From Flaccisagitta enflata (taxonomy: Eukaryota), in NCBI GenBank assembly GCA_965153355.1, contig OZ231126.1, forward strand, positions 9,734,001 to 9,798,000: DNA of 64,000 bases, written 5' to 3'. Position numbers and translations under genes: made by a program. The notes under the pieces are model-generated. The model saw nothing but the letters and a program-made list of their open reading frames with translations, did no database searches and was not told the DNA's origin. Positions 1 through 23,100 of this stretch are shown here, in pieces (position 1 is the stretch's first letter; every line of letters starts with the position of its first letter).

Positions 1-319
1 AATTGCGATCGGTTTTCGCATCACTGCTCCTGCCCAACCGTCCGCGACTGGATTGCCGTGTATCCGGCCTTGTTTTAGTCGCGTGCACGCGACTCGACAC
101 CCCGCTTTGTCCGCCCGTCGGTCGGTCGGTTGGTCGGTCTGTCACTTTTTACTTTTTTTTTATCAATTTAGTCATTTAGGAGTATACTGAGTCATTTTAA
201 GTCATTCTAAGTCATGCTAAGTCAATCTGTAAGTCTCGCACGCGACTTATAGGTGTTGGCCTTGTTTGTGACTAGCTATCTGAGACCTATCCCAAAACAG
301 CCCGCAGGGATTCACTTAC

Positions 320-12226
<11,907 letters not shown>

Positions 12227-12591
12227 TTTTAGGTCGGAAAATCTTAGATGCAAATACTAACATTAGGTGACAAGTTTGAAAATGAATCGAATGAGGATGA
12301 AGCTTCCCGTTTTACAGAGCTAGTCTTTTAAATGAGCAACGTTAATTGGGAATAGGATTATGATCGATGCGACTCTACCTAAGAAAATAATATTGTCAAT
12401 GCTTAAACAAAATCGCATTTGCAGAAACTACAATCATTCATCCGCTACTACTAACATTGAAAGGCTGTGCATTTGCATTATCAAGAGCAAGAATATTGGT
12501 AAGTCTCAAATATTTCCAGTATATTCAGTATACGCAGATGCTTTCTCTTCGAAATTAATTACGCATCTGCTCTGTGCAATTTACGTGGCAG

Positions 12592-13586
12592 TCATACTTT
12601 GATAAAATGGGAGAGCAACTCGCAGAAGAGATTTCGGCTCAGCACCGCTTTGGCTCTTCCGGTCTGCATCAGCTCGTCGAAGTTGGTTCCGAAGATGTTC
12701 TTGGCACGATTCATGAGGGTCTCGCTGTGGATCTTTTCAGCCACGATTAGAGCATCGACGACGTTGTCGGCGTTGATAGGCGCACCGGATTCACATTTCT
12801 GCTTCAGCTTTTCAACACCGTATTTGTCAGCGGCAACGAGCAAGTCCAACGAAACCTCGGCGAAATCTTTCGGCAGTGTGTCGGAGTAGAGGTACTGCAG
12901 CATGGCGCGGAAGACGACTGGTGTCACGTCGGGTACAATCACCTCGTTGGTGACGTTTTCCTTCGTTTCAGAGGCAAACATACGCTTGAAGTAATCAGAC
13001 CGGGCCGACAGAATGCCTTTGTGACCCTTGATTTTGTCACCTTGGACGACAAATGTGACATCCGCGTTTGGAGTAGATTCCAGTAAGTTGAGCAAGTCCG
13101 CGTGCAAAGTGGAGCCGCAGCTGCTAGATTCTTTGGCTGGTTGGGCGTCATTAGTTGGCGACACCTCGTAATCGATTCCACAAACGAATTTCCAGGTTTT
13201 TGCCTCCGTGGCGTGTAAGCTTTGGGCCACCCCCAACCACCATCAGATTTACCGGCTCCAAGGAGGTTGCTTTTTCCTGGCGTAGTCACGTTAACCAGGA
13301 TCGCTTCTTTGTCACCAATGAGCCTGAAGCGCAGCTTTAAAAATCTAACAGTCTTCGAAACGTTGACAACGTTGACGTAAAACGAAAGTTCCTTCTCTCC
13401 AAAACGGACTTCGAGAGAGAAGGTTGTGTGATCGGGATCATGACGGCAAAAGAACTCGGAGGACTTGACGGTTTTCTTTCCGGAAATCTTCGATGCGACA
13501 TCACGGATAGAGAGGGTATGTACAGTCCAGTAACGAGCCCAAGCTTGGGTTTCGGCGACTGAAGTGCTTTCCGCCAATTGGGACAT
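12592..13586 (-). pseudogene. MATH-BTB (SPOP-like) paralogue 1, intronless, single frameshift near 13207 (pseudogene or sequence error)
   Basis: MATH-like part MSQLAEST...GWGWPKAYTP is in one frame; EAKTWKFVCGIDYEV plus BTB (ADVTFVVQGDKIKGHKGILSARSDYFKRMF...LLVAADKYGVEKLKQKCE) is in another. The junction reads TAC ACG CCA CG GAG GCA with no intron signals. Confidence 0.75.
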
Positions 13587-13952
13587 CTTGTTGGAATTAC
13601 TGAGACGGACAATAAAACTGACAAAGGTGGAAAACATCAAATCGGACAAGACCTACATAATGATAAACGATTGTTGTGGAAAGGTATGTCAGCAACAGTT
13701 GAGGTTTTTGAAAGGTTAATGAGTCAGGTCGATTCAACTCTATCTACGAAAAATGACAAATATGGACATACAGGAATCAAACTCGCTATTCCTGTTCGAA
13801 AACGAACTACTCGTCTTTTAAGCAACTAGACAACAAAAGACTGTGCATTACTTAACAGTTGAGTTTACGGCAAGAGATGGTTCCATTACATCGTACGCAG
13901 ACACAAATCTCTGATTTTCACAATAACCGCGTTTTCGCATTCTTCGACAAAG

Positions 13953-15733
13953 TTAGAGTAACTTGAATAGCAGATTTTTGCTCAGCTCCGACTTGACTTT
14001 TTCGGACTGCATCAGGACACCGTAGCTGGCACCAAAGACATTCAGGGCACGCTTCATAAGGGACTCGCTGTTGATGCTTTCGGCCACCAGCAGAACGTCG
14101 ACAACATTGTCGGCGTTGATGGGCACATCAGATTCGCATTTCTGTTTCAGCTTCTCCGCTCCGTATTTGTCGGCGGCGACAAGCAATTCCAACGAAATCT
14201 CGGCGAAATCTTCTGGCAGTGTGTTGGAGTACAGGTACTGCAGCAAGGCGCGGAAGGCGACTGGTTTCACGTCGGGGACAATCACCTCGTTGGTGACGTT
14301 TTCCTTCATTTCAGAGGCGAACATTCGACGAAAGTATTCAGACCGGGCAGACATGATGGCTTTGTGACCTTTGATTTCGTCACCCTGGACGAAAAATGTA
14401 ACGTCTGCGTTGGAAGTTTCCTCCAATAGGCTGAGGAAGTCGGTCTGCAAAGTGGAGGTGGAGCCGCAGCTGCTGGATTCTTTTACCGGTTGGGCTTCAC
14501 TCGACGGTGACATCTCGTAGTTCTCGTACTCAAACCCACAGAAAACTCTCCATGACTTTGCCTCGGCGGAGTCTTCTGGCTGAAGCTCGTATAAGTATCT
14601 CCACCCCTCCCCTTCACCCTCTTTATGAATGGAGCCTTTTCGAATGGAGCCTTTCGATGACCAGGTTTTGCCTGCGATCAGTCCTTTGTCGCCGATGATA
14701 CTGACTTGCAGCTTTTGAAACCTTGCACTTTTTGAGGTGACAAAGACGAAAAAGGAAACATACCGTGCTCCATACTGGGTTGGAAAGATGGATTAATTCA
14801 ATTGAAAACAGCCATTTATATAGATTCTAATGTATCTAATAGGGTGGGGTCAGCTAAAAACTTATTAGCAACTTTTTAGCAACTCTTTAGCAGCTTTTTA
14901 GCATTTTTTTAGCACACATTTTCACTAAGGGGAACCGCTAAAAAATTTTTAGCATAAATTTTCCTGCTATAAAGTTTTTAGCACTTTTTAAAAGTGCTTG
15001 ACTGGTCAAGAATTGCTAAAACGAAAACTGCTAAAAGCCCAAAAATGCTAAAAAGTTTCAGGTTTGCCAAAAAAAAATGCTTCAAAAAGGATTGCTAAAA
15101 AATTACTAAAAAAAGAATTGCTGAAAAGATTTTAGCTAGAAACCTTTTTGTAAACAAACTTTTTTGCAAAAAAAAATCATATCAAAATGTTTTTAGCAAA
15201 ACACTTTAGCAAAAAAAGTTAAAGCAGGAATTTTTTAGCAATTATCTTTTTAGCATCAGACTTTTTAGCAAAAATGTCATTTGGCAAAAAACTTTTAGCA
15301 ACTTTTTAGCAAAAAACAAAGTTTTCTGCAGAAATAAAAGTGCTAAAATGCTGCTAAAATCTTTTTAGCACTCAAAAATCTAAGGGGAACCCTTCTGCTA
15401 AAAAGTTGCTAAAGTTTTTAGCGGACCCCACCCTGATCAAATGTTTCACTTTTGACAAAACACAGCGTTTCAAATAGCACATGAATGAACTTTTTTTTTA
15501 ATCCCTCTTACCAACTCTCTGCCAAACTCTACGCCAAAACAAAAGGTCGGTGATGCGGGATCGCGTCGACAAAAAAAGTCAAATGATACGACAGCTTCCT
15601 TCTCGGAAATTTTCGACGCGACTTCATCGATGCAATGGGTATGCTCTATCCAGTAACGAGGCCTTGGTTGAGTTTTTGCAAGAGAACTGCTTGCCGGAGT
15701 TTTGGACTTTTTTTTAAGAAAACAACTGAACAT
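13953..15733 (-). CDS. MATH-BTB (SPOP-like) paralogue 2, two exons (15733-15512, 14774-13953), about 347 aa
   Basis: Donor GAGTTG|GTAAGA and acceptor TTTCCAACCCAG|TAT are both phase 0. Exon 2 is open from YGARYVSFFVFV through SWRVFCGFEY into BTB (ADVTFFVQGDEIKGHKAIMSARSEYFRRMF, LLVAADKYGAEKLKQKCE). Confidence 0.85.
14841..15435. mobile_element. MITE with (C)AGGGTGGGGTC terminal inverted repeats and internal GCTAAAAA/TTTTTAGC repeats, inside the intron of MATH-BTB paralogue 2
   Basis: Left AGGGTGGGGTCAGCTAAAAACTTATTAGCAACTTTTTAGC; the right end reverse-complements to CAGGGTGGGGTCCGCTAAAAACTTTAGCAACTTTTTAGC. Confidence 0.8.
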
Positions 15734-15954
15734 CTTCTCGATCTAAAAGGCGACAAAATCATTCAAAACATGGATCCAAACTACTGGAGACTTCTTATTG
15801 CATAGTCTTATCCGCGGAGAGATAAATTGATAGCGAAACACGATTGCTGAAATTGAGAGCGCGTAGTCCGTTGATGAACATGTAATGGAGGAAAAAGGGA
15901 AAAACTGATCGAATAAGTAATAGACAGTATCACGCATTTTGTATAACAATCCAC

Positions 15955-16908
15955 TCATTCTTTAAAGAAAGACAGCAATTCGAAAAACAGACTTTTGCTC
16001 AACTTCTCCTTCGCCTCCTCCGATTGCATCATGAAGTCGAAGTTGGATTTGAAGACCTTCCTGGCGCGCACCATCAATCTCTTGCAATCGATCTTTTCCG
16101 CCATATTGAGAGCGTCGACGACATTGTTGACGTCGAGAGGCGCGTCTGATTCGCATTTCTGCTTCAGTTTTTTGACGCCGTATTTGTCGGCGGCGACGAG
16201 GAGATCTAACGAAACTTCGGCGAAATCTTTGGGCAGCGTATCGGAGTATAGAAACTGCAGCATAGCCCGGAAAACATTCGGTTTAAAGTCCGGCACTTTT
16301 ACCTCGTTGGACAAGCACTCCTGAGTGTCGGTTTTAAACATCTTTCGAAAGTAGTCGCATCGAGCGGAGTGGACGCCTTTGTGAGCCTTGATTCGTTCTC
16401 CCTGTACCACGAACGTGATGTCGGCGTTATCCTCCGTTTCGAGCAGCTTCAGCAGGTCCGTATGCAAGGTGGACTTTTTCGGCGCTGCCTCATCTTCTAG
16501 TTCGGCCTTTTCGATAACTTTGTATTCGATGTCGCAGAGAAATCTCCAGCTTGTTGCCATGTTGGCTTCCGTTGGTTTGAACAGGTCTTCTCCGGTGTAT
16601 GAATTAACTTTTAGCGTGTCGTTGGAATATTCTTTAAGGGCAAGTTTCTCTCCTGCCTCATTGAATAGTTTCAACGTGTAGTTTATCAGAACCGGTTTGT
16701 CCTTAACATGAAGATAGACGGAGAATTCGCCATCATTCAGTCCAAAGTCCAAAAACAACTTGAAATTTGGAGAGCGGGGGTCGTGTGGACAGAAAAACCA
16801 TTCGGTCTGTTCTTCAGCAAGGTTGGCAAACTTGTCTGCGATATCGAAAAGGGCGACGGTGTGAACGATCCTGTGCCAAACCCCAGCATTGGCACTATTT
16901 TCACCCAT
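15955..16908 (-). CDS. MATH-BTB (SPOP-like) paralogue 3, intronless, 317 aa
   Basis: Single ORF with a MATH-like N-terminus (FFCPHDP...FKLFLDFG...FSVYLHV) and BTB (ADITFVVQGERIKAHKGVHSARCDYFRKMF, LLVAADKYGVKKLKQKCE). Confidence 0.9.
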   Translation of the reverse strand: MGENSANAGVWHRIVHTVALFDIADKFANLAEEQTEWFFCPHDPRSPNFKLFLDFGLNDGEFSVYLHVKDKPVLINYTLKLFNEAGEKLALKEYSNDTLKVNSYTGEDLFKPTEANMATSWRFLCDIEYKVIEKAELEDEAAPKKSTLHTDLLKLLETEDNADITFVVQGERIKAHKGVHSARCDYFRKMFKTDTQECLSNEVKVPDFKPNVFRAMLQFLYSDTLPKDFAEVSLDLLVAADKYGVKKLKQKCESDAPLDVNNVVDALNMAEKIDCKRLMVRARKVFKSNFDFMMQSEEAKEKLSKSLFFELLSFFKE

Positions 16909-17158
16909 TTTTTGTGAGAGGTGACTTCTTATTTAGGTTAAGTAACCAAAGAATTATCAACTAGCGCCTAAAAGGAGAAAATAAAGATGACGATAAATAT
17001 CAAGTAGCAACAGCAGTAAAACAAATGTCACAGTGGAGGTAAGGCAGATCAGCAAGGGAGCGATTTCAACCGGGGAAACAACGAATCTTCACAGAACGGA
17101 CCATGACTACTAAATACCCTCATCAATCAGAGCCAACTTCGCGATATAGTTAAATCGA

Positions 17159-20100
17159 TTATGCCAAAAATTCCGTAGAAACAATCAAAAACGTGAAATC
17201 ACCAGTCCCAGCCTCCGCCACCGCTGATGCTTCCGCCTCCGCCATTGTCGATATTCCTCCATTCTTGACTCGCAAAATGCCAAATTCGAGCAGCGAAGGT
17301 CGACCTTTGGCAGTTTCAGCCACGAGGCGTTGTAAAGAGCGCTTCGTCGACTCAACGACCCGCTGGGCGCCTTGAAGGACGACTCCTGTTGGGTTGGAGA
17401 CGCTCGTCGACGAAGATTGAAAAGCGGAAGCGGCTCTTCCCCGTTGGCACTGACGAAACGATTGGAGGAGGAAAGAATTGTCGACTGAAACGTTGCGCAA
17501 TTCGCCGGTGGAGTCCTTTAAGGACAGGCTCAACGATGGGAAGAAACAAGGAGATAACATCGCGGAGGAGGAGCGAGGGAGGCTGCTCGCAGATTTGGGA
17601 TCGAGTAATGAACGAATCAACGGAGGAGGAGGAAGAGCGATATCTTCATGCGAGACAGCGGATCCCGCAGCGGAAGCCGCAGCGACGGAAGTGGCATTAC
17701 ATCCTTCCATCCACTGTGCACATTTGGGGCAAAATAAGGTGGCACCAACGACGTTTGGTAACGTCAATCTCAAATGCCTTAGAGTCGCCTTCGTCGCCAA
17801 TGTCAAACGTTTCTCCAAGATTGGATCGTTCGCCGCCGCTTGGTCGGTGGCGGCTGCTGCAGCGACTGCCGTGTCGGCGACCTCAAGGCCACTCATGCTC
17901 AGGTTCCCATCTTCGGCGTTAGCGACCAATTTTTGAGATTGAGTTCTGCCACCAATTGACGAGGAAGTCACGCACAAACTGCAAATTTAGTGAAGGTAAA
18001 GAGTGACTAGAATTTTGCTTTACAGTCAATCACTTTGGACGTGATGTTGAATTGTATTTCAAGTAATCGTGTATATATTTCATTTCACAAAGGCATATCT
18101 CTACACCTCTTCTTCCCTAAAATGTCAAAACTGACCTGTCCGCGGTGACGTCCTGATCTTCTGCGTTCAGGAACACCCGATTTTCGATGGCGGAATCACT
18201 GGCTTTCCATTTGACGCCGCCGCCGCCGCCAACGCCGTCGCTGATGCCATCATAAGTTGCATCAAGGCCGGCTTTGTGTTCATCGGTGGGATCGACGAGA
18301 GCGGTGGTAGTCAGCAGGACATGGTCAAGTGCAACGGAGTCGAGAGAATTCGCGTCGCGCTCCTGAGACTCGGTTATGACAGAAGAGGCGAAATGATGGG
18401 AAGAAAAGCGCAGTTCACAACTTTTGCATGCGAAAAACAAATCGCTCGGAAAAGGTTGTTGTTGTTGTTGCTGTGGTTGTTGTTGCGGTTGTTGTTGTTG
18501 TTGCTGTTCCTGCGATTGTTGTTCTTGTTCCGAGTGCTCGCCAAACTGTACCCCGGAAAGTGCGGCTTCGGTTTTAAAGAAAGCTCTGCCTAGTCTCGAG
18601 TGCATTCGAGGATCCGCGACTTCCGTCAGCCGGGAGAAAACCGCCGATGGGAGGAAAGACGGAGACAGGCGCGTGCAAGCTGGCAATGCGGGGGTGGCGG
18701 CGGTGGCGGGGGCGGCGGTGGCTGTGGGAGTGGTGGTATGAGTGGAACGCGGCTTTGGCGGTCGCGAGGCAACACGAGCGTCATTGGCCTTTGCAGAGGC
18801 TGAGGTTGTTGTTTGGACGCGAGAGTCAGTCGCTGTTTGGATGCGTGAATTAGTCGTTCGGATGCGATGTGGTTGATCATGGTTGGTTTTGGAAGTGCGT
18901 TCAGAGGGAATTGGTTCTGATGATGAAGGCGCCCTGATCGATATACAAATGAGTGAGTTTCCGCTTTCGGGAATGGACCAACCAGTTTAGTAATGGAAAA
19001 GTTTGAACTGTACGAACCAAACCTATGGTTACTGGCAATTTGAAACTGATGTTCAAGAACAGTAGAAGTTAGCAAAAACTAAAGATATTCATGTATCTGA
19101 AATCAAGTTTCGTTTATCCTATTTCATGATCGCAATAAAGACAGTACAGTATCAAAAATGCCATTAAATGGAGATAGAGATATGTTCAATAAATCACAGA
19201 ATGCTGCCTACCATCATCGTCAATTCCATCACAAAATGGTAACCATAACGAGTCATGGCACAATCAATCCATTCCCGAATGGACTTACTCATTGACGGGC
19301 TGCACATCCGTAGCGGAGTCAATTGCCGTAGCGGCAGCGGAGGCGTTGGTCCTTTCGACGTTATTGTCCACCCTTTTCTCATTTCCTGTGATGCGAGGGG
19401 CGTCTGTCGTCGTCGTTATCCCACCCTCGGAATTGGTCGTTTCCAGATTTGCTGTCTGTCCATTTTCTCTTTCCTCAGCCTCCTGGATTCTGCGCAAAAC
19501 GTCGTCATCGACGGCAGAGAAAGTGAAGGAGTGATCTCTGCGTCTACTGCCGCTGCTTACTGAATTAACGCTTGTTGCTGCCGCTTCTCCGCTTCCTCCC
19601 GCGACGCGAGACATGAGTTGCTGAGAGCCAATGGAGGAAAACGACGCGAGATCCGCCAAAGCGTTCAAGGAAGAGGAAGTTCCTACTCCAGAACCGACAG
19701 AACTGCCTTGACCATCTACTTCGGCTGTCGTCGTCGTCGTCGTCGTCGGACGCAGCACGCGAAGAGCATCTGCCAACCTCGTCTTCAGCGCCTCTCCGAT
19801 GGGATTTCCGTCTTGCAAAATGATCACTCCGCGTCCGAATCTCGTTCCCGATCTGAGATTGAGTTCGTGCATCGTCGGTCGGTGGTCGTTGGGATCGTAC
19901 ACGCGATGACGAGACACGTGTACGTTCTTGAGAAGCACGTGCGAACCGGGACGGACGAGGGTTGGCACGGAACGGGCGGAGGCATCGGCGTCATCGTTTA
20001 CACTATGGTTATCCTCATCGTTGTCATTATGCTGATCCTCGTCGGAGATTATCGAGTGCAAATGATTTTCCCAGACGACGACGTCGACGAGATGATATTT

Positions 20101-23100
20101 AACGGCGTCGTAAATCGGATGATGACGACGAATTGGACCTGTTCGGGAAGTTGGAATGCAGTCGAGGAGACGCTTGAATAAAAGATAGCCAGCAGAACAG
20201 GAGAGTACGATGCAAAGAAAGATTCCCAGACAACAAACAAGCGAAAGAAAGATAGAAAGAAAGAAAGACAAACGGCAAAGAAAGAAAGACAATGACAAAG
20301 AAAAAGACAAAAGAGACAAAGAAAGAAAGAAAGAAAGACAGAAAGAGAAAGAAAGGGAGAAAGAGAAAGGAAGACAGAAAGAGAAAGAAAGACAGAAAGA
20401 GAAAGAAGGAGAAAGAGAAAGAAAGGGAGAAAGACAAAGAAAGGGAGAAAGACAAAAAGAAATACAAAAAGAAAGACAGAAAGAAAGAAAAACAGAAAGA
20501 AAGAAAAACAGAAAGAAAGACAAAGAAAGAAAGACACAGACAAACAGAAAGAAAGAGAAGATGAAGTACCGAAATAGAAAAAGAAAAATAGAGAGACGAA
20601 ACAAAGCCAGTTTCTATCCAATTCAATCAACTGGCGTCGATGCTCTTTCAACCAGCAGCCCTTCACCTCGATTGGTTTCCGCCTCCAAGTTCATCTCCCA
20701 CATCGGCAGCGCGGCTTGAGTCCCGTCCCAAACACGCAACAGAGCGCAAAGACCCGGATTGACCACGCAAACATCGACCACTTGACAAGCAATGTCAACG
20801 AAAGCCGGAGATCGTAGACGGGAAATGGTCGTCAAGTAGGAGGGGGAGGAGGTTGAGGAAGGAGAAAGAGTCACAGAAGCGGATGTGGGATAAGAGGCGC
20901 CAACGACGGAAGGGAAGAAGCCGTAATCGCGCGCCCATTGACGCAAATCCTCCAAAGTTTCTCTCTCTTTGTCCGTCAAAGGAGAAAAGTTTGGCGTGGA
21001 GGAAAGCGGAATTGGCGGAGGCAACGTCAGTTCTGGCAGTTGGCCGTTGCTGCGCCACACCAAAGATCCGAAGCCGTGGCGCGAAGCGCAGCAACCCTGA
21101 AGACGGCCTTCTCTGTCCATTTGAATCTTGACTCTGAATGCGTGAGAGAGAAAAAGGACAAGCTGTACAAAATATATAAAACGACGATTTTAGAATTTCA
21201 CATGAGCTAGGTGAAAACGGAAAAAGTTGAAATCCCATTTTCTGAAACGTTCAAATCCTAACGTTGGAAACCCAATTTCATCTTTGATTAAAACCTGTGC
21301 ATCCTAATAATATCTCCTCTTTGTTCGATCCTGGGCAGCGTCTCTCTCGAAGCGGCGAAAGCGATACATCTCAGCTTTTCCTTTTCCACGTCGTTTGAAG
21401 ACACGTCGCAAATTCCGAAAGCCAAGGACCAATCACGACCGGAAGCCACCTTCTTGGCCGAATTGACGAACTCCACGACGCCGAAGAGGTTAACGGAAGT
21501 GTTGACGCTCAAATTGGCCACGCGCGTGTATGAAGACTCGACGACGCCGCCGGGACGAGGCGCCACCGTCGCAGTTGGAGGCGTTGGAGTGGTGTTGGAT
21601 GAAGCAGTACCGGAAGTGCGAGGGACAGGTGACTTTGACGTGGAGGCAGGACTGGGATGCCCGTTATTGGCGGAAGAAGAAGAAGGACCCACGTTAACAA
21701 CGTTGTTGGTCGGCGTAACAGGACGTGAATTAGAGCCGCCAGGAACTCGATGAAACGATTCGGCGGTGGGAAAAGCGGCGGGCCGAGACGTTGCGGCGTG
21801 GATAGATGGCGCGGTGGTGGTCGTCGTCGCGGTAGTGGTGGCAGTGACGGGATTGGCGGTCGTGGTGGTGGTCGTGGCGGCCGCCGCGGTGGTCATCGTT
21901 TCTTGCTCTTCAATGGGAGTAAGTGGCGGTCTTTTCGTCGTCTTCCTCATTCGCGGATGAAATGGCTCCGTTCTGGCAGATCGGCCATTGTTTTCTTCAT
22001 CACCGACTTCATCGACATCCGCGGCACTGGAGGCACTTACCGCGGCCACGTCGACGGCCTTAGGAATGGTTTCAGAGGCGGACTGTTGTTGTTGTTGTTG
22101 TTGCTTAGATGTCGGGGGATTGACGAGATTGAGTTGTTTGTAAGGCGGTTCTCGGTCTTCCTCATCGTCTTCCAAGATTAGATCGACCATTTTGCGTTTG
22201 CCACCTTTAGATCCTTTCCCTCCTCTGCCACCACTTTTACCACCATCGCTACCTCCTCCTCCTCCTCTTCCACCAGCATCCCCCGCCTGCGACGCTGGCA
22301 TTTGCGTCGACTGGGCCAGCGGATGTTGTTGCGACCATCCTCCTGCCTCGCAGACGCTGCCTATTTCGTCGTTGGCATCTTGGTTGTGTTCGACGACCCA
22401 GCCGCCGACGGCTTGAGTCCGCTCTTCGTCCGTCCGTTCGTATGTCTCACCGGGAACTCCCCAACCGAATTTGTCGGCGTCCAATCGAGCGCTTAAACTC
22501 TTCATCTGAATGAAACAAGAAGAATTGGGGTGAGTTCCTACGAATCTTAAGTTCCTTTTTCCAAGGGTAACTTTATGAGTGCATGATTTTTTTTCCCCGG
22601 AAACCTTCGATGGGACTTTAACTCGATCTTGGTTTTAGTGAACAGAAGGCAGTTGGGTAAAATGGTTCACCTCCTTTTTAGTTGCGGACACGCAACTCTA
22701 TAAGAAGCTTTGTCCGTCCGTCCGTCCGTCCATTGGTCCGTCATGGTGATTGAGTTGAAAAGTGCGAAAACGAGCGTTTTTTATACTTTTTGTGCATGTT
22801 TGAGTGTTGGAAGTGGGTTGGGGTGTGGATGGGGTTGAATGCCCCTGCCCACCCGTCCGCAATGATATATATACCCCGCGTCACTTGTTTAATTAGATAC
22901 TCTACAACCCTAGTAGAGCATCTTGTTTTTGATGAGGACAATTCATTCATTCATTATTTTTTTTTCTTTTCTTTTTTATGTAAAAATCTGAACAGTATCT
23001 GGGTCCGCGACGGAAGGGGGTTAAAGATCACCAATTCCGTAAGATCACTATGACCAAAAGATCGCTAACCCTGTAAGTTTGCCAAAACTATAAGTCTTTA

